Shown here in pieces: positions 20,155 through 29,265 of a stretch of 64,000 nucleotides of DNA. The stretch is from assembly GCA_963768055.1 (NCBI GenBank), contig CAVYGN010000002.1, positions 1,344,001 to 1,408,000 on the forward strand. Direction: 5' to 3'. How positions within the stretch are numbered: position 1 is the first letter of the stretch; each line of letters opens with the position of its first letter. Made by a program: the position numbers and the translations under genes. The DNA comes from an uncultured Spirochaetota bacterium. GTDB taxonomy: Bacteria > Spirochaetota > Brevinematia > Brevinematales > JAOACQ01. The notes beneath the pieces are model-generated. The model worked only from the letters and a program-made list of their open reading frames with translations, ran no database searches and was not told the DNA's origin.

Positions 20155-20784
20155 ATGTCTGTGATGGATAAGATAGCTTCGTCCCTGGGCCGCAATGATG
20201 AAATCCCTAATCAGGAATTGGCAAAAGAGATCTGCCGGACAAAAGACAGGGAAGGTGTCAAGGAATTGGTGCAGGGTCTTTTCAACGGGAGCTCCGCGGT
20301 CAAAAGCGACTGCATTAAAGTCCTTTATGAAATAGGTGGAATTCAGCCTGACCTGATATCATCCTATGCCGATGATTTTATTAAGTTGTTGAAAAGCAGG
20401 AATAACAGGCTTGTCTGGGGAGCAATGATGGCATTGTCTGCAGTTGCTGATAAAAATCCCGGCAGTATTTTTAAAAATCTTGATTTGATATTCTTTGCAA
20501 TAAAAAACGGTTCTGTGATAACCATGGATAACGGGATTTCTGTGCTGGCAAAGTCAGGTTCGGCTAACAAAGAATATGAAAGGAAAATCCTGCCTTTTTT
20601 GCTGAAACATCTTGAAACCTGCCGTCCGAAAGAAGTCCCTCAGCATTCGGAACGAAGTATTGTCATTGCAAATCCGGAGAATAAAATGGGATTTCAACGG
20701 GTCCTTGAGAAACGCCTTGATAAACTTACCGATTCCCAGCAGGCAAGGGTAAAAAAGGTGTTGAAAAAATTGAGCAGCCTGTAA
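20155..20784 (+). CDS. HEAT/ARM-repeat-like conserved hypothetical protein
   Basis: Helical protein with ASSLGRNDEIPNQELA, KSDCIKVLYEIG and NNRLVWGAMMAL; GGGGGTG RBS. Confidence 0.7.
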   Translation: MSVMDKIASSLGRNDEIPNQELAKEICRTKDREGVKELVQGLFNGSSAVKSDCIKVLYEIGGIQPDLISSYADDFIKLLKSRNNRLVWGAMMALSAVADKNPGSIFKNLDLIFFAIKNGSVITMDNGISVLAKSGSANKEYERKILPFLLKHLETCRPKEVPQHSERSIVIANPENKMGFQRVLEKRLDKLTDSQQARVKKVLKKLSSL

Positions 20785-20817
20785 AACTTTCTTCAAGTCT
20801 TATTCGGGAGAATTTTT

Positions 20818-22701
20818 ATGAAACATGCGGAAGAGCGGAGTATTTTACGTAATACTATAATAATTAACCTGGTAATACCGTTTCTGATGTTTATGCATAA
20901 CCAGATAATAACAAATGTTTTTAATCCGTATGTAAATGTTGGCGCCGCTGAAAGGCTTTTTGATGCTGTATTTAAAAATATATATATATTTATTTTTCTG
21001 GGCCTGGGAATACCGGCCGCCCTGTTCATTGGATATTTCATAATGCCGGTCAGGAAGGCCTTATCAAACAGCGAGCTGATATCTAAAGCCCAGCAGAGGA
21101 TAATCCGCCTGCCATGGATAATTTTTTTGATTTATATAACCGGTTTTTTATCAGGTCCGATCGTCGCCTATTTATTGCCTAGCGATTTAAAATTAAATGA
21201 ATTCGAATATGTTTTCCCCGTTTCTTTTTTCGGCGGGTTTTACGCCCTTTCCTTTTCCCTTATCCTGATGGATACAATACTGTTCCCGGTTAAAAAATTA
21301 TGGGGAATGCATATTCTTTCGGAAAAGCAGAAAGAACTTTCCCTGACCGTTAAATATGTGATCGCAGTCATTGCAATCGGAGGGCTGATTTACGCCGTAT
21401 CGCAGAGCATAGGTTATTTTTATTATGTGAAAGGCGCTGCGGCGGATACCGGTAATTTGTTCTTGATAATGCTGGTCAATATAGGCCTTCTTCTTATGTT
21501 AGGGATCTTGCAGGTCTATCTTATTACCGGCAATTTAATATCGATGATAAAGTATATGAGGAACTCGCTTGATGATATAATTAAAGGAAAAGGCGATTTA
21601 ACCAGTAAAATCAGCATAATAAGTTTCGATGAAATAGGAATGCTTACCTCTGATTTTAACAGGCTCTTCGGATTCCTTGATAATATGATAGGTAAAATCA
21701 AGCAGATATCGATTAATATCAATAAATCCCGGGATATTTTAATCGATTCGATCGGGAATAACAGGCAATTATTCGAAAGCTTCATCGACTCGACAAACAA
21801 AATAATAAACGAAATAAACATGGAATTTACGCAATCGAATATTTTGAATGAAGCCGCTCAAAAAACCCTGGACAGTTCGAATCTTATTAAAAACTCGGTT
21901 GAAAAGCAAATGAATTCCGTTGATTATTCGGTTTCATCGGCCCAGCAGATCGTCCAGAGCATCAGGAACGTAAATTCCATCACACAGTCCCTGAAGAACA
22001 GTATTAAAGGCCTCCTTGATAATATTAACCAGGGCAAAAAAAGCCTGAAGGACTCCATCGAGTCGATCCATCTGATCAATGATTCTTCAAAGTCCCTCCT
22101 TCAGTTCAACCGGTCCATCTCAGACGTTTCGGAAAGGATAAAGATCCTCTCCATCAACGCTTCAATTGAAGCGGTAAACGCCGGAAGAGCGGGGCTGGGC
22201 TTCGGCGTGGTAGCCAGGGAGGTGAAGAAGCTTTCGGATTCAAGCGCCGATAACGTTAAAAATATTGAGAAGATGATAGCCGGCATGAACGCTAAAATAT
22301 CCGAGGGAACCGATCTCATCAATAAAACGGCTGAAATGCTCGAATCTATATTCGAAAGGATAGAATTTTTCATTCAATCGCTTGAAAATATTTCCGTTTC
22401 TATGGAAGAACAGGAGACCGGTACAAATACGATTATACATGCGACTGACGATGTTTTAACACAAAGCAAATCGCTATTCGAACTCTCTCATGCAGGCGAC
22501 GAACAAAGCCGGCAGATGAAGGGGATAGCGGATAATTTTGTCGATATGTCGAACAGGATTTTCAGCCTCGCGGAAACCCAGAAAGATAAAAATCAGATCC
22601 TTAACGAAGTGAATAGCAATTTCACGCAAATATCCGACACAATCAGGAAAATATTTGACGAGCTTAATACTATTATGAGCGAATTCGTCATAAGCAAATA
22701 A
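20818..22701 (+). CDS. Methyl-accepting chemotaxis protein with a 6-TM sensing region
   Basis: About 6 TM helices, a HAMP domain (GDLT...DEIGML) and the signalling tip ILSINASIEAVNAGRAGLGFGVVAREVKKLS. Confidence 0.92.
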   Translation: MKHAEERSILRNTIIINLVIPFLMFMHNQIITNVFNPYVNVGAAERLFDAVFKNIYIFIFLGLGIPAALFIGYFIMPVRKALSNSELISKAQQRIIRLPWIIFLIYITGFLSGPIVAYLLPSDLKLNEFEYVFPVSFFGGFYALSFSLILMDTILFPVKKLWGMHILSEKQKELSLTVKYVIAVIAIGGLIYAVSQSIGYFYYVKGAAADTGNLFLIMLVNIGLLLMLGILQVYLITGNLISMIKYMRNSLDDIIKGKGDLTSKISIISFDEIGMLTSDFNRLFGFLDNMIGKIKQISININKSRDILIDSIGNNRQLFESFIDSTNKIINEINMEFTQSNILNEAAQKTLDSSNLIKNSVEKQMNSVDYSVSSAQQIVQSIRNVNSITQSLKNSIKGLLDNINQGKKSLKDSIESIHLINDSSKSLLQFNRSISDVSERIKILSINASIEAVNAGRAGLGFGVVAREVKKLSDSSADNVKNIEKMIAGMNAKISEGTDLINKTAEMLESIFERIEFFIQSLENISVSMEEQETGTNTIIHATDDVLTQSKSLFELSHAGDEQSRQMKGIADNFVDMSNRIFSLAETQKDKNQILNEVNSNFTQISDTIRKIFDELNTIMSEFVISK

Positions 22702-22844
22702 TCGTTTCCCGCTTTCCGGGAATTTCTATAAACCAGCGTAATGATCGCAGATTTAAACAAAGATAAAAAAAACGTCCTTTACGACAACACTTTTAATTAT
22801 TATTATTTTTAAAGGTAGTGAAAGAGAGTTCTAAAGGGGGAATT

Positions 22845-23222
22845 ATGGATAAAGTTGTTCATTTTGAAATTCCGTTCGATAACAAGGCGAGGGCATCGAA
22901 ATTTTATTCGGAAATTTTTGGATGGAAACTAATGGATATTCCCGAAATGGAGTATGTAATGGCTTATGCCGCTAAGACCGATAAAGACCATATGGTGACG
23001 GAAAAGGGTGCAATAAACGGCGGATTGTTCAATAGGAACTCTTCCGCTAAAGCTCCAATTATTGTCATCGGCGTTAAATCGATCGATGAAACGATAAAAA
23101 AGGTGATATCACAGGGAGGAAAGGTGGTTACACCCAAGCAGTCCATACCGAACGGTTCGTACGCCCGCGTAGCGGATAGCGAAGGCAATGTCATCGGTTT
23201 GGCCGACTACTCAAACTCATAA
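22845..23222 (+). CDS. VOC/glyoxalase family protein
   Basis: VVHFEIP...FYSEIFGW, GAINGG and DSEGNVIGL motifs. Confidence 0.9.
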   Translation: MDKVVHFEIPFDNKARASKFYSEIFGWKLMDIPEMEYVMAYAAKTDKDHMVTEKGAINGGLFNRNSSAKAPIIVIGVKSIDETIKKVISQGGKVVTPKQSIPNGSYARVADSEGNVIGLADYSNS

Positions 23223-23277
23223 TATCCTGATCGTTATCAATGTGATATTGTCATTTACCGGCTGCCGGGGGTAAGCA

Positions 23278-24912
23278 TTAGCAAATTCCGGCAGTTTCAT
23301 TCACCTTGCTGACCATAATGTTGTAAAATTCAGCTTCGCCGCCGTTATCTTCAACATGTTTTATCATTCTTTTCATAGAGGTCACAACATAGCTTTTCTG
23401 TTTTTGAAAATGAATAAACATTGCGGTTAGGTTTATGGCGGCTTCTATCGCCTTAGTATTCCTGAATAAAATGGTAAAGAACATTTTCCAGAAGAGGTAT
23501 CCGGTATGTTTATTAAACCCGACCTTTCTGCAAACTCTCAGAAATGAGAGCAGGTTCGCGAATATTTTGCCGATCCCGGGCTTGTATTTGTATTCTATCT
23601 TGAGATTGAGGCCGTTATAAATAATTCTTTTATAGTAGTTTGCCGGTTTATAAATGTGCTCAATTACCTTCACAAAATTATTTATAATTTCCGTACGGTG
23701 TTTTTTTGTTATAAAATTCAGGCCGCTTGTCGATTGATCAATATCGAATTCAGTAATTGTTTTCGCCGCATTCTGGAACAGTCTCCCTTCAGCCTCGAGC
23801 CGGCGTGTAAGCTGAGTATTAGGCAGTGCGTATAGCAACCCCAGCATAGCCATGCATATTCCGGAATTTTGTATTGAAGTTATCATATTTTCCGCTATTC
23901 TCGGGCTTTCGGTGTCAAAACCGATTATATAACCGCCGTTTACAACTATTCCGTATGACATTATTTTCAGCACCGCATTGTTAATAGATTTATTTACATT
24001 CTGACTTTTCTTACTGACTGCCAGCGTCTCGTTTTCGGGAGTTTCGATACCAAGAAATACGTACCTGAAGTCTACATCTTTCATAAGTTGAAGCAGCTCG
24101 GAGTCATCAGCGAGATCAATGGATGCTTCGGTAGAAAAGTAGAAAGGATATTTATGTTCAATGGTCCATCTCTTGATTTCCTGAAGCAGTTCCTTGGCCT
24201 TTTTTTTATTTCCTATAAAATTATCGTCAACAAAGTCTATATGCCCCCTGTATCCGAGGTCGTACAGGCTTTGCAGCTCTTTAATAACCTGTTCTGTGGT
24301 TTTAAACCTCGGTATGCGCCCGAATAGTTCTATGATATTACAAAATTCGCAGCTGTAGGGGCACCCGCGAACGAACTGCAAACCGATCATTATATAATCG
24401 CGAAAACGGATGAGGTCGTATCTGGGCACGACGGCTTCCGACATCTCCGCTCTTTCCTCGGAAGTAAAAATTCCTCTCTCGGCCCCATTCTGTAGAGCAT
24501 GGAGAAACATTGGAATAGTTACTTCGCCTTCTCCAAGAACTAAAAAATCGGCATCTTTATAGGTATCCGGCTGAGATGTAGGATCCGGACCGCCGACAAT
24601 GACAGTGCAATTTAAATCGTGAGCCCTCTTTATAAACTCGAGCATGCTCTTTTGCTGGGGCAGCATGCCCCCCGTGCAGACGATATCAGCCCATTTCAGA
24701 TGTTCATCAGTTAAAGGCTCGACGTTTTCGTCTACCAATTTAAAATTCCAATGCTGGGGTAAAAGCGCAGCCAGGGTCAGCAGGCCGAGCGGCGCCGCAG
24801 GATACTTGGCTCCTACGATTTTACATACATCCTGGTAATTCCAGAAACTATAGGCTGAAAATTTTGTTTGAACGATCAAACAATTATTAATTCTTCTATA
24901 AAGATCCTTCAT
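23278..24912 (-). CDS. B12-binding-domain radical SAM protein with DUF4070-like C-terminus
   Basis: PLGLLTLAALLP, VGGP...GEGE, RGCPYSCEFC, FVDDNFIGN and GIET motifs. Confidence 0.9.
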   Translation of the reverse strand: MKDLYRRINNCLIVQTKFSAYSFWNYQDVCKIVGAKYPAAPLGLLTLAALLPQHWNFKLVDENVEPLTDEHLKWADIVCTGGMLPQQKSMLEFIKRAHDLNCTVIVGGPDPTSQPDTYKDADFLVLGEGEVTIPMFLHALQNGAERGIFTSEERAEMSEAVVPRYDLIRFRDYIMIGLQFVRGCPYSCEFCNIIELFGRIPRFKTTEQVIKELQSLYDLGYRGHIDFVDDNFIGNKKKAKELLQEIKRWTIEHKYPFYFSTEASIDLADDSELLQLMKDVDFRYVFLGIETPENETLAVSKKSQNVNKSINNAVLKIMSYGIVVNGGYIIGFDTESPRIAENMITSIQNSGICMAMLGLLYALPNTQLTRRLEAEGRLFQNAAKTITEFDIDQSTSGLNFITKKHRTEIINNFVKVIEHIYKPANYYKRIIYNGLNLKIEYKYKPGIGKIFANLLSFLRVCRKVGFNKHTGYLFWKMFFTILFRNTKAIEAAINLTAMFIHFQKQKSYVVTSMKRMIKHVEDNGGEAEFYNIMVSKVNETAGIC

Positions 24913-25205
24913 AAATAGCAACTCTTTTATTTTATTTATTAAAGTACCGGCGGGTCAACTCTAATATATCTGCTTTCTTCCGAATAATTTTTCAGCAAAA
25001 AAGCTGAATTCTGCACTTTAGCTTTTCTGCTTCCTAATTTTAACTCGCAAAAGGTAAAAAAGCAATAGAAAATTTAAAAAATAAAAAATATTTTAAACTA
25101 TTTCACCACTCAAATGATATTGCAACAGGAATCTTTGGAATAATAAGTGAAATCATATTATAATTATGCTTATATTTTCAGTAAAATATATTACAGGGAA
25201 GTATT

Positions 25206-27116
25206 ATGGGTAAAAAACATAAAAATAACCGGTATCCCTTTAAACTTCATCGGAGGATCGGGTTTCGGCTTACTTTTTCTTTCATCCTCTTCGGCTTATA
25301 TATAGGTTTATTTGTTTATATTCTGACCATGGTATTGGACACAAGCGCCTTCGCCGCTTCTCTCGGTTCGTCCATCTATAGCCATATCAATAAATTTTAC
25401 AATAAACGGCCTGATAAAACCCTGCACAATATAAACAGTTCGGAGCCGAACAGGAATGGCGTGCACCTGGAAATTTACTTTTATTCCACTAACGAAGCAT
25501 GGGTAAAGGTGATCCTGTCTGCCGGCAAGGAACCGGCATTTACCAATATCAATCCCGTATTATACCCGCTTCTGGAACGGGTGCGCATATCCACTACGCC
25601 TGACAAGAACGGCCGTTCTCAATTGCCTTTTTATTTTAATTACAGCAAATCCGGGTCTTCCATGCCCTCGAATCATTCCGGCATTTTAGATCTTTTTATC
25701 CTTATTAAAAATCATGACCAGGATGTAAGCCCTGTAAAGGGAAGCCCTGTTAAGTACCTTTTTCTAAGGATCGCGATCGACAGCGGTTTTATTTTTTCAA
25801 GGCTCTCGGCCGACAGGGACCTTCTGATAGGTTATTCAGTCATTCTTATTCTCTTCTCTCTTGTTTTAGGGAAAACTTTTGCGCATAAGTTAACCAGGCC
25901 CCTTGAAACACTTACGGAGGCGGCCTATCAGGTCGCTAAGGGAGATTATAAGTTCAGAAATACTATTCATGGCAAGGATGAGTTCGGGTTTCTGGGGAAA
26001 ACGCTCAACTACATGGCGGAACAGGTAGACAGGCATATCGATGAGATCAGTTACAGGGAAAAAACCATGGAAGCGATGAATCTTATTGATAAAACGGTCG
26101 TATCGGAACTGCTCAATCCTAAAGTGGTTGATATGGTCGCTGAAGTCGTGGCTTCATTTATGCCGGGCGGAATGGTCCTGCTGGTGATACCTGATTACAG
26201 TGCCAGGGTATTCAAATTGTCAGTTTATCAATCTTCCGGGTTTTTTAGTACGCGGGTTAAGAAAGATCCCCTGCCCTTCGAATCGCTCGATATGCAGGAG
26301 ATAGTTAATAAAAGGGAAATGGAGGAGATAATACTGGACCGTGAAGGCTGCAAATTGCCGGAATGGCTTTCCCTTTTCATTGAAATGCCCAAAGGGACCC
26401 TTTTCCATGCCCCGCTATTCAGCGCAGGGATTTATCAGGGTTCCTGCATAATTATTGAAGAAAAGCGGCTTGGTTTTAATGAAAATGAAAAGCAGTCCAT
26501 CGGAATGCTGGCCGACCAGGTTGGTGTTGCCCTCCAGAATGCGAGGATCTATAGGGAAAAGGAAGAGCTGCTGCTGAACCTCCTCCTTGCCCTTACCCGC
26601 GCGATAGATGCGAAATCGAAATGGACAGGAGGGCATAGCGAACGCGTAGCAGACTACTCGGTGAAATTAGCAAAAGCGCTGGCTATGCCGGAAAAGGAAT
26701 TGGAAACGATCAAGATTTCAGGACTGCTGCATGACATCGGTAAAATAGCGACCCCTGAAACCATATTGGACAAGCCCGGAAAACTTACCGTGGAAGAATA
26801 CTCAATAATCAAAAAACACCCTGAGGAGGGCGCCCGTATTATCGGCACTATCGCTAGTTATGAGACAATAGTTCCCGGTATTCTTTACCACCATGAGCAT
26901 TGGGACGGATCCGGCTACCCGAATGGCCTTAAAGCGGATGAAATACCGCCCATCGCGCGTATAATGGCTATTGCCGATGTCTATGACGCCATCATCGCCG
27001 ACAGGCCTTACCGTGAGGGTATGGGGCGGGAGAAAGCCCTGGTTTTCATGCAGGAGAACAGCGGTGTGCTTTTCGACCCTGAAATGGCGGATGTTTTCAT
27101 AAAGAAGGTGCTGTGA
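25206..27116 (+). CDS. Membrane HAMP-GAF-HD-GYP cyclic-dinucleotide phosphodiesterase
   Basis: 2 TM helices, HAMP (GDY...DEFGFL), GAF-like end LADQVGVALQNA, HSERV, LLHDIGK, HHEHWDGSGYP and ADVYDA...RPYR. Confidence 0.92.
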   Translation: MGKKHKNNRYPFKLHRRIGFRLTFSFILFGLYIGLFVYILTMVLDTSAFAASLGSSIYSHINKFYNKRPDKTLHNINSSEPNRNGVHLEIYFYSTNEAWVKVILSAGKEPAFTNINPVLYPLLERVRISTTPDKNGRSQLPFYFNYSKSGSSMPSNHSGILDLFILIKNHDQDVSPVKGSPVKYLFLRIAIDSGFIFSRLSADRDLLIGYSVILILFSLVLGKTFAHKLTRPLETLTEAAYQVAKGDYKFRNTIHGKDEFGFLGKTLNYMAEQVDRHIDEISYREKTMEAMNLIDKTVVSELLNPKVVDMVAEVVASFMPGGMVLLVIPDYSARVFKLSVYQSSGFFSTRVKKDPLPFESLDMQEIVNKREMEEIILDREGCKLPEWLSLFIEMPKGTLFHAPLFSAGIYQGSCIIIEEKRLGFNENEKQSIGMLADQVGVALQNARIYREKEELLLNLLLALTRAIDAKSKWTGGHSERVADYSVKLAKALAMPEKELETIKISGLLHDIGKIATPETILDKPGKLTVEEYSIIKKHPEEGARIIGTIASYETIVPGILYHHEHWDGSGYPNGLKADEIPPIARIMAIADVYDAIIADRPYREGMGREKALVFMQENSGVLFDPEMADVFIKKVL

Positions 27117-27123
27117 GTTTTTT

Positions 27124-27188
27124 TCACAGGGAGACGCGGAGGAGGGACGGGGATTGGAACCACAGATTCCACAGATGGACACAGACGT
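27124..27188 (+). repeat. CACAG/CACGG-type repeat, left boundary of an AT-rich islet
   Basis: TCACAGGGAGACGCGGAG...GGGACGGGGATTGGAACCACAGATTCCACAGATGGACACAGA. Confidence 0.6.
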
Positions 27189-27314
27189 GCTCTGTAACGG
27201 AATAATTGCGGATGTATCCCTAAGTAACTCAATATAATGCGAAGTAAATTAGTCTAGAAATCATGGTGAGAATAATGTTTATTAATTCTCAAAGGCAACA
27301 TACGGAGGAATATA

Positions 27315-27950
27315 ATGAAGGATTATATTGGTTTAATCACTCAAATATTATTGTTAATTTCTGCAGTAATAGGATTAATTGTTGGAGCATTTGAAATATT
27401 TAAAAAAAGGAAATTTAATATGGAAAAGCAAACTAATACAATAAAAAAAGACTCTTTTCTTAAAGAAACTTTTAAGCCTATGCTTGGTATGCTCGGTGTT
27501 ATTGGATTTATGTTAATTTTTCCATTATTTATTTTTATTTTTAGTCTTTTGATGAAAGCCACATCTTTTGTTTCTAATATTAATGAAAACAAGCATAATT
27601 TAATTTCTTCAATTAGCATTACAAATTTTACTACAAATGATATAAAATATCTAAACTTAATAAATATTGCAGACAAAATAAGTTCATCTTATGACAAAGA
27701 CAAAGCATTAGAGAATATTATTAACAAATTATTAGATTAAAAATCGTATAAATTGTCTTTTTATGCAGCATCAAAAGTTAATTCGGCTAATGAAAAAGAT
27801 ATATTAATAATTAGAATCATTAGCAATTCTTTGGTAGATAAAAACTATTATGATATAGCTGATGCTTTGAATAATGTTAATTCATCCTTTACAAAAGACA
27901 AATGGGCAGTAATATCCATTAATTCAATCATATCAAATTTAACAAATTGA
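27315..27950 (+). pseudogene. AT-rich membrane-anchored helical-repeat protein interrupted by an in-frame TAA
   Basis: ORFs 27315-27740 and 27753-27950 share one frame. The repeat pattern (KISSSYDKD / KVNSANEKD / NVNSSFTKD) continues across the stop at 27738-27740. Confidence 0.6.
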
Positions 27951-28069
27951 TCAAGTAAACCTCTTATATTTGATGATGAACATCCGGGTGGAGTTAAACA
28001 TACTCATCCGTTAAATAAAATCGTAGCCTGGGATAAATAACTTCTTACATCTGCCGTTCTTCATAAATC

Positions 28070-28231
28070 AATCTGTGAAATCCGTAACAAATTATCACAG
28101 CTAGTCATTATTCATATTGATTAGAGTATATGCCATTATCTGTGTAATCCGTGTTTCCGTCTCCCTACCCTCCGTCTCCGCTCTTTCCGTGTACTCTACT
28201 ATTCTTTGTGCCTCTACGGTGATCCCCCGTC
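28070..28231 (-). repeat. Inverted CACAG/CACGG-type repeats, right boundary of the AT-rich islet
   Basis: ATCTGTGAAATCCGT, ATCTGTGTAATCCGTGTTTCCGTCTCCC, CTCCGTCTCCGCTC and CTCTACGGTGATCCCCCG. Confidence 0.6.
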
Positions 28232-28239
28232 AGTTTTGA

Positions 28240-29139
28240 TCATGACATAACCAACTCATGAAGCAATCCGTCCACCGAAGCAGGGGGTGCTCCGGTAGCC
28301 CGCTCTACGGTATCGGAAACAGGACCTTCAAACAATTGAAACCCTCCGCAGTAATCGACAATTTGCTGCGCCGATTCCAAGGTCATACCGTTCGCCGCCA
28401 ATCTTTCCACTACTTCCTTGCCGGGCAGGATTTGAGCCTCTAATTTACGCCCATGCAGGCTTGACCATCTCTGCGCTAAGTCGGCAAGGCCGAGCGCTTC
28501 AGGACCTGTTACTTCTACGGCCCCGTTAAACAAAGCCTTACCTGTCAAAACATAAGCTGCTGTGCGGGCATAATCCTCATGCGAAACCCAGCAGGGCCTG
28601 CCGGAACCTTCCGGTACGAGCAATTGATCGCCTATGCGCAAAGCATTAAGAAAATACGGTACTCCATCCATCCAGATATTCATACAAAGCGCCGTCCAGG
28701 CGGCGCCGGAACGGGCAAGTTCCTGCATAGTTTGCCCATGGCCCCGCGTCCAGGGATTTTCATCATCTTTATTCGCCGCATCCGGCAAAGCTGTACTCGT
28801 GATATGCCGTATTCCTGCTTTGATTGCGGCTGCGATTGCAGCCCTTTGCTGAGCAGAGCGTTTTTCCATTGGATATTCATTAGTACCGATAATCAGCAGC
28901 CTCGTTGCACCGGAAAATGCTGCTGGCAAGGCCGAGGGATCGTTGAAATCGGCTCTTCGAACAGTAACCCCTTGAACTGTAAAATCCGCCAACAGTTCAG
29001 GATTCCGAGTCGTTGCGAGGATTTGCTTTGCCGGCACAAGATCCAGTAAATAAGTAACAACAAGACGGCCAAGGCGGCCATTAGCGCCGGTAAGACAATA
29101 AATATCGTCCGGGTTGACATTTCCGTTATTATTTAACAT
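28240..29139 (-). CDS. NmrA-like NAD(P)H-binding oxidoreductase (QorB/TMR-like atypical SDR)
   Basis: TGANGRLG, VRRADFNDP, VSHEDYA and VTGPEAL motifs. Start at the ATG at 29139 after AGGAGG. Confidence 0.85.
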   Translation of the reverse strand: MLNNNGNVNPDDIYCLTGANGRLGRLVVTYLLDLVPAKQILATTRNPELLADFTVQGVTVRRADFNDPSALPAAFSGATRLLIIGTNEYPMEKRSAQQRAAIAAAIKAGIRHITSTALPDAANKDDENPWTRGHGQTMQELARSGAAWTALCMNIWMDGVPYFLNALRIGDQLLVPEGSGRPCWVSHEDYARTAAYVLTGKALFNGAVEVTGPEALGLADLAQRWSSLHGRKLEAQILPGKEVVERLAANGMTLESAQQIVDYCGGFQLFEGPVSDTVERATGAPPASVDGLLHELVMS

Positions 29140-29265
29140 AAAACATCCTCCTATCCATTTGAAATAAATTATACACCCTGTTGTATAGAACAGTGTCAAG
29201 CTTTTATTAAGAAAGGATAGTTTTTTTTTCAAGGTTTGCCTTGGTTTTCACAGGTGTGGTTTCCA

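Noticed and set aside
27124..28231. Integron cassette
   Set aside because: I could not identify an attC-like RYYYAAC...GTTRRRY structure or an integron integrase.
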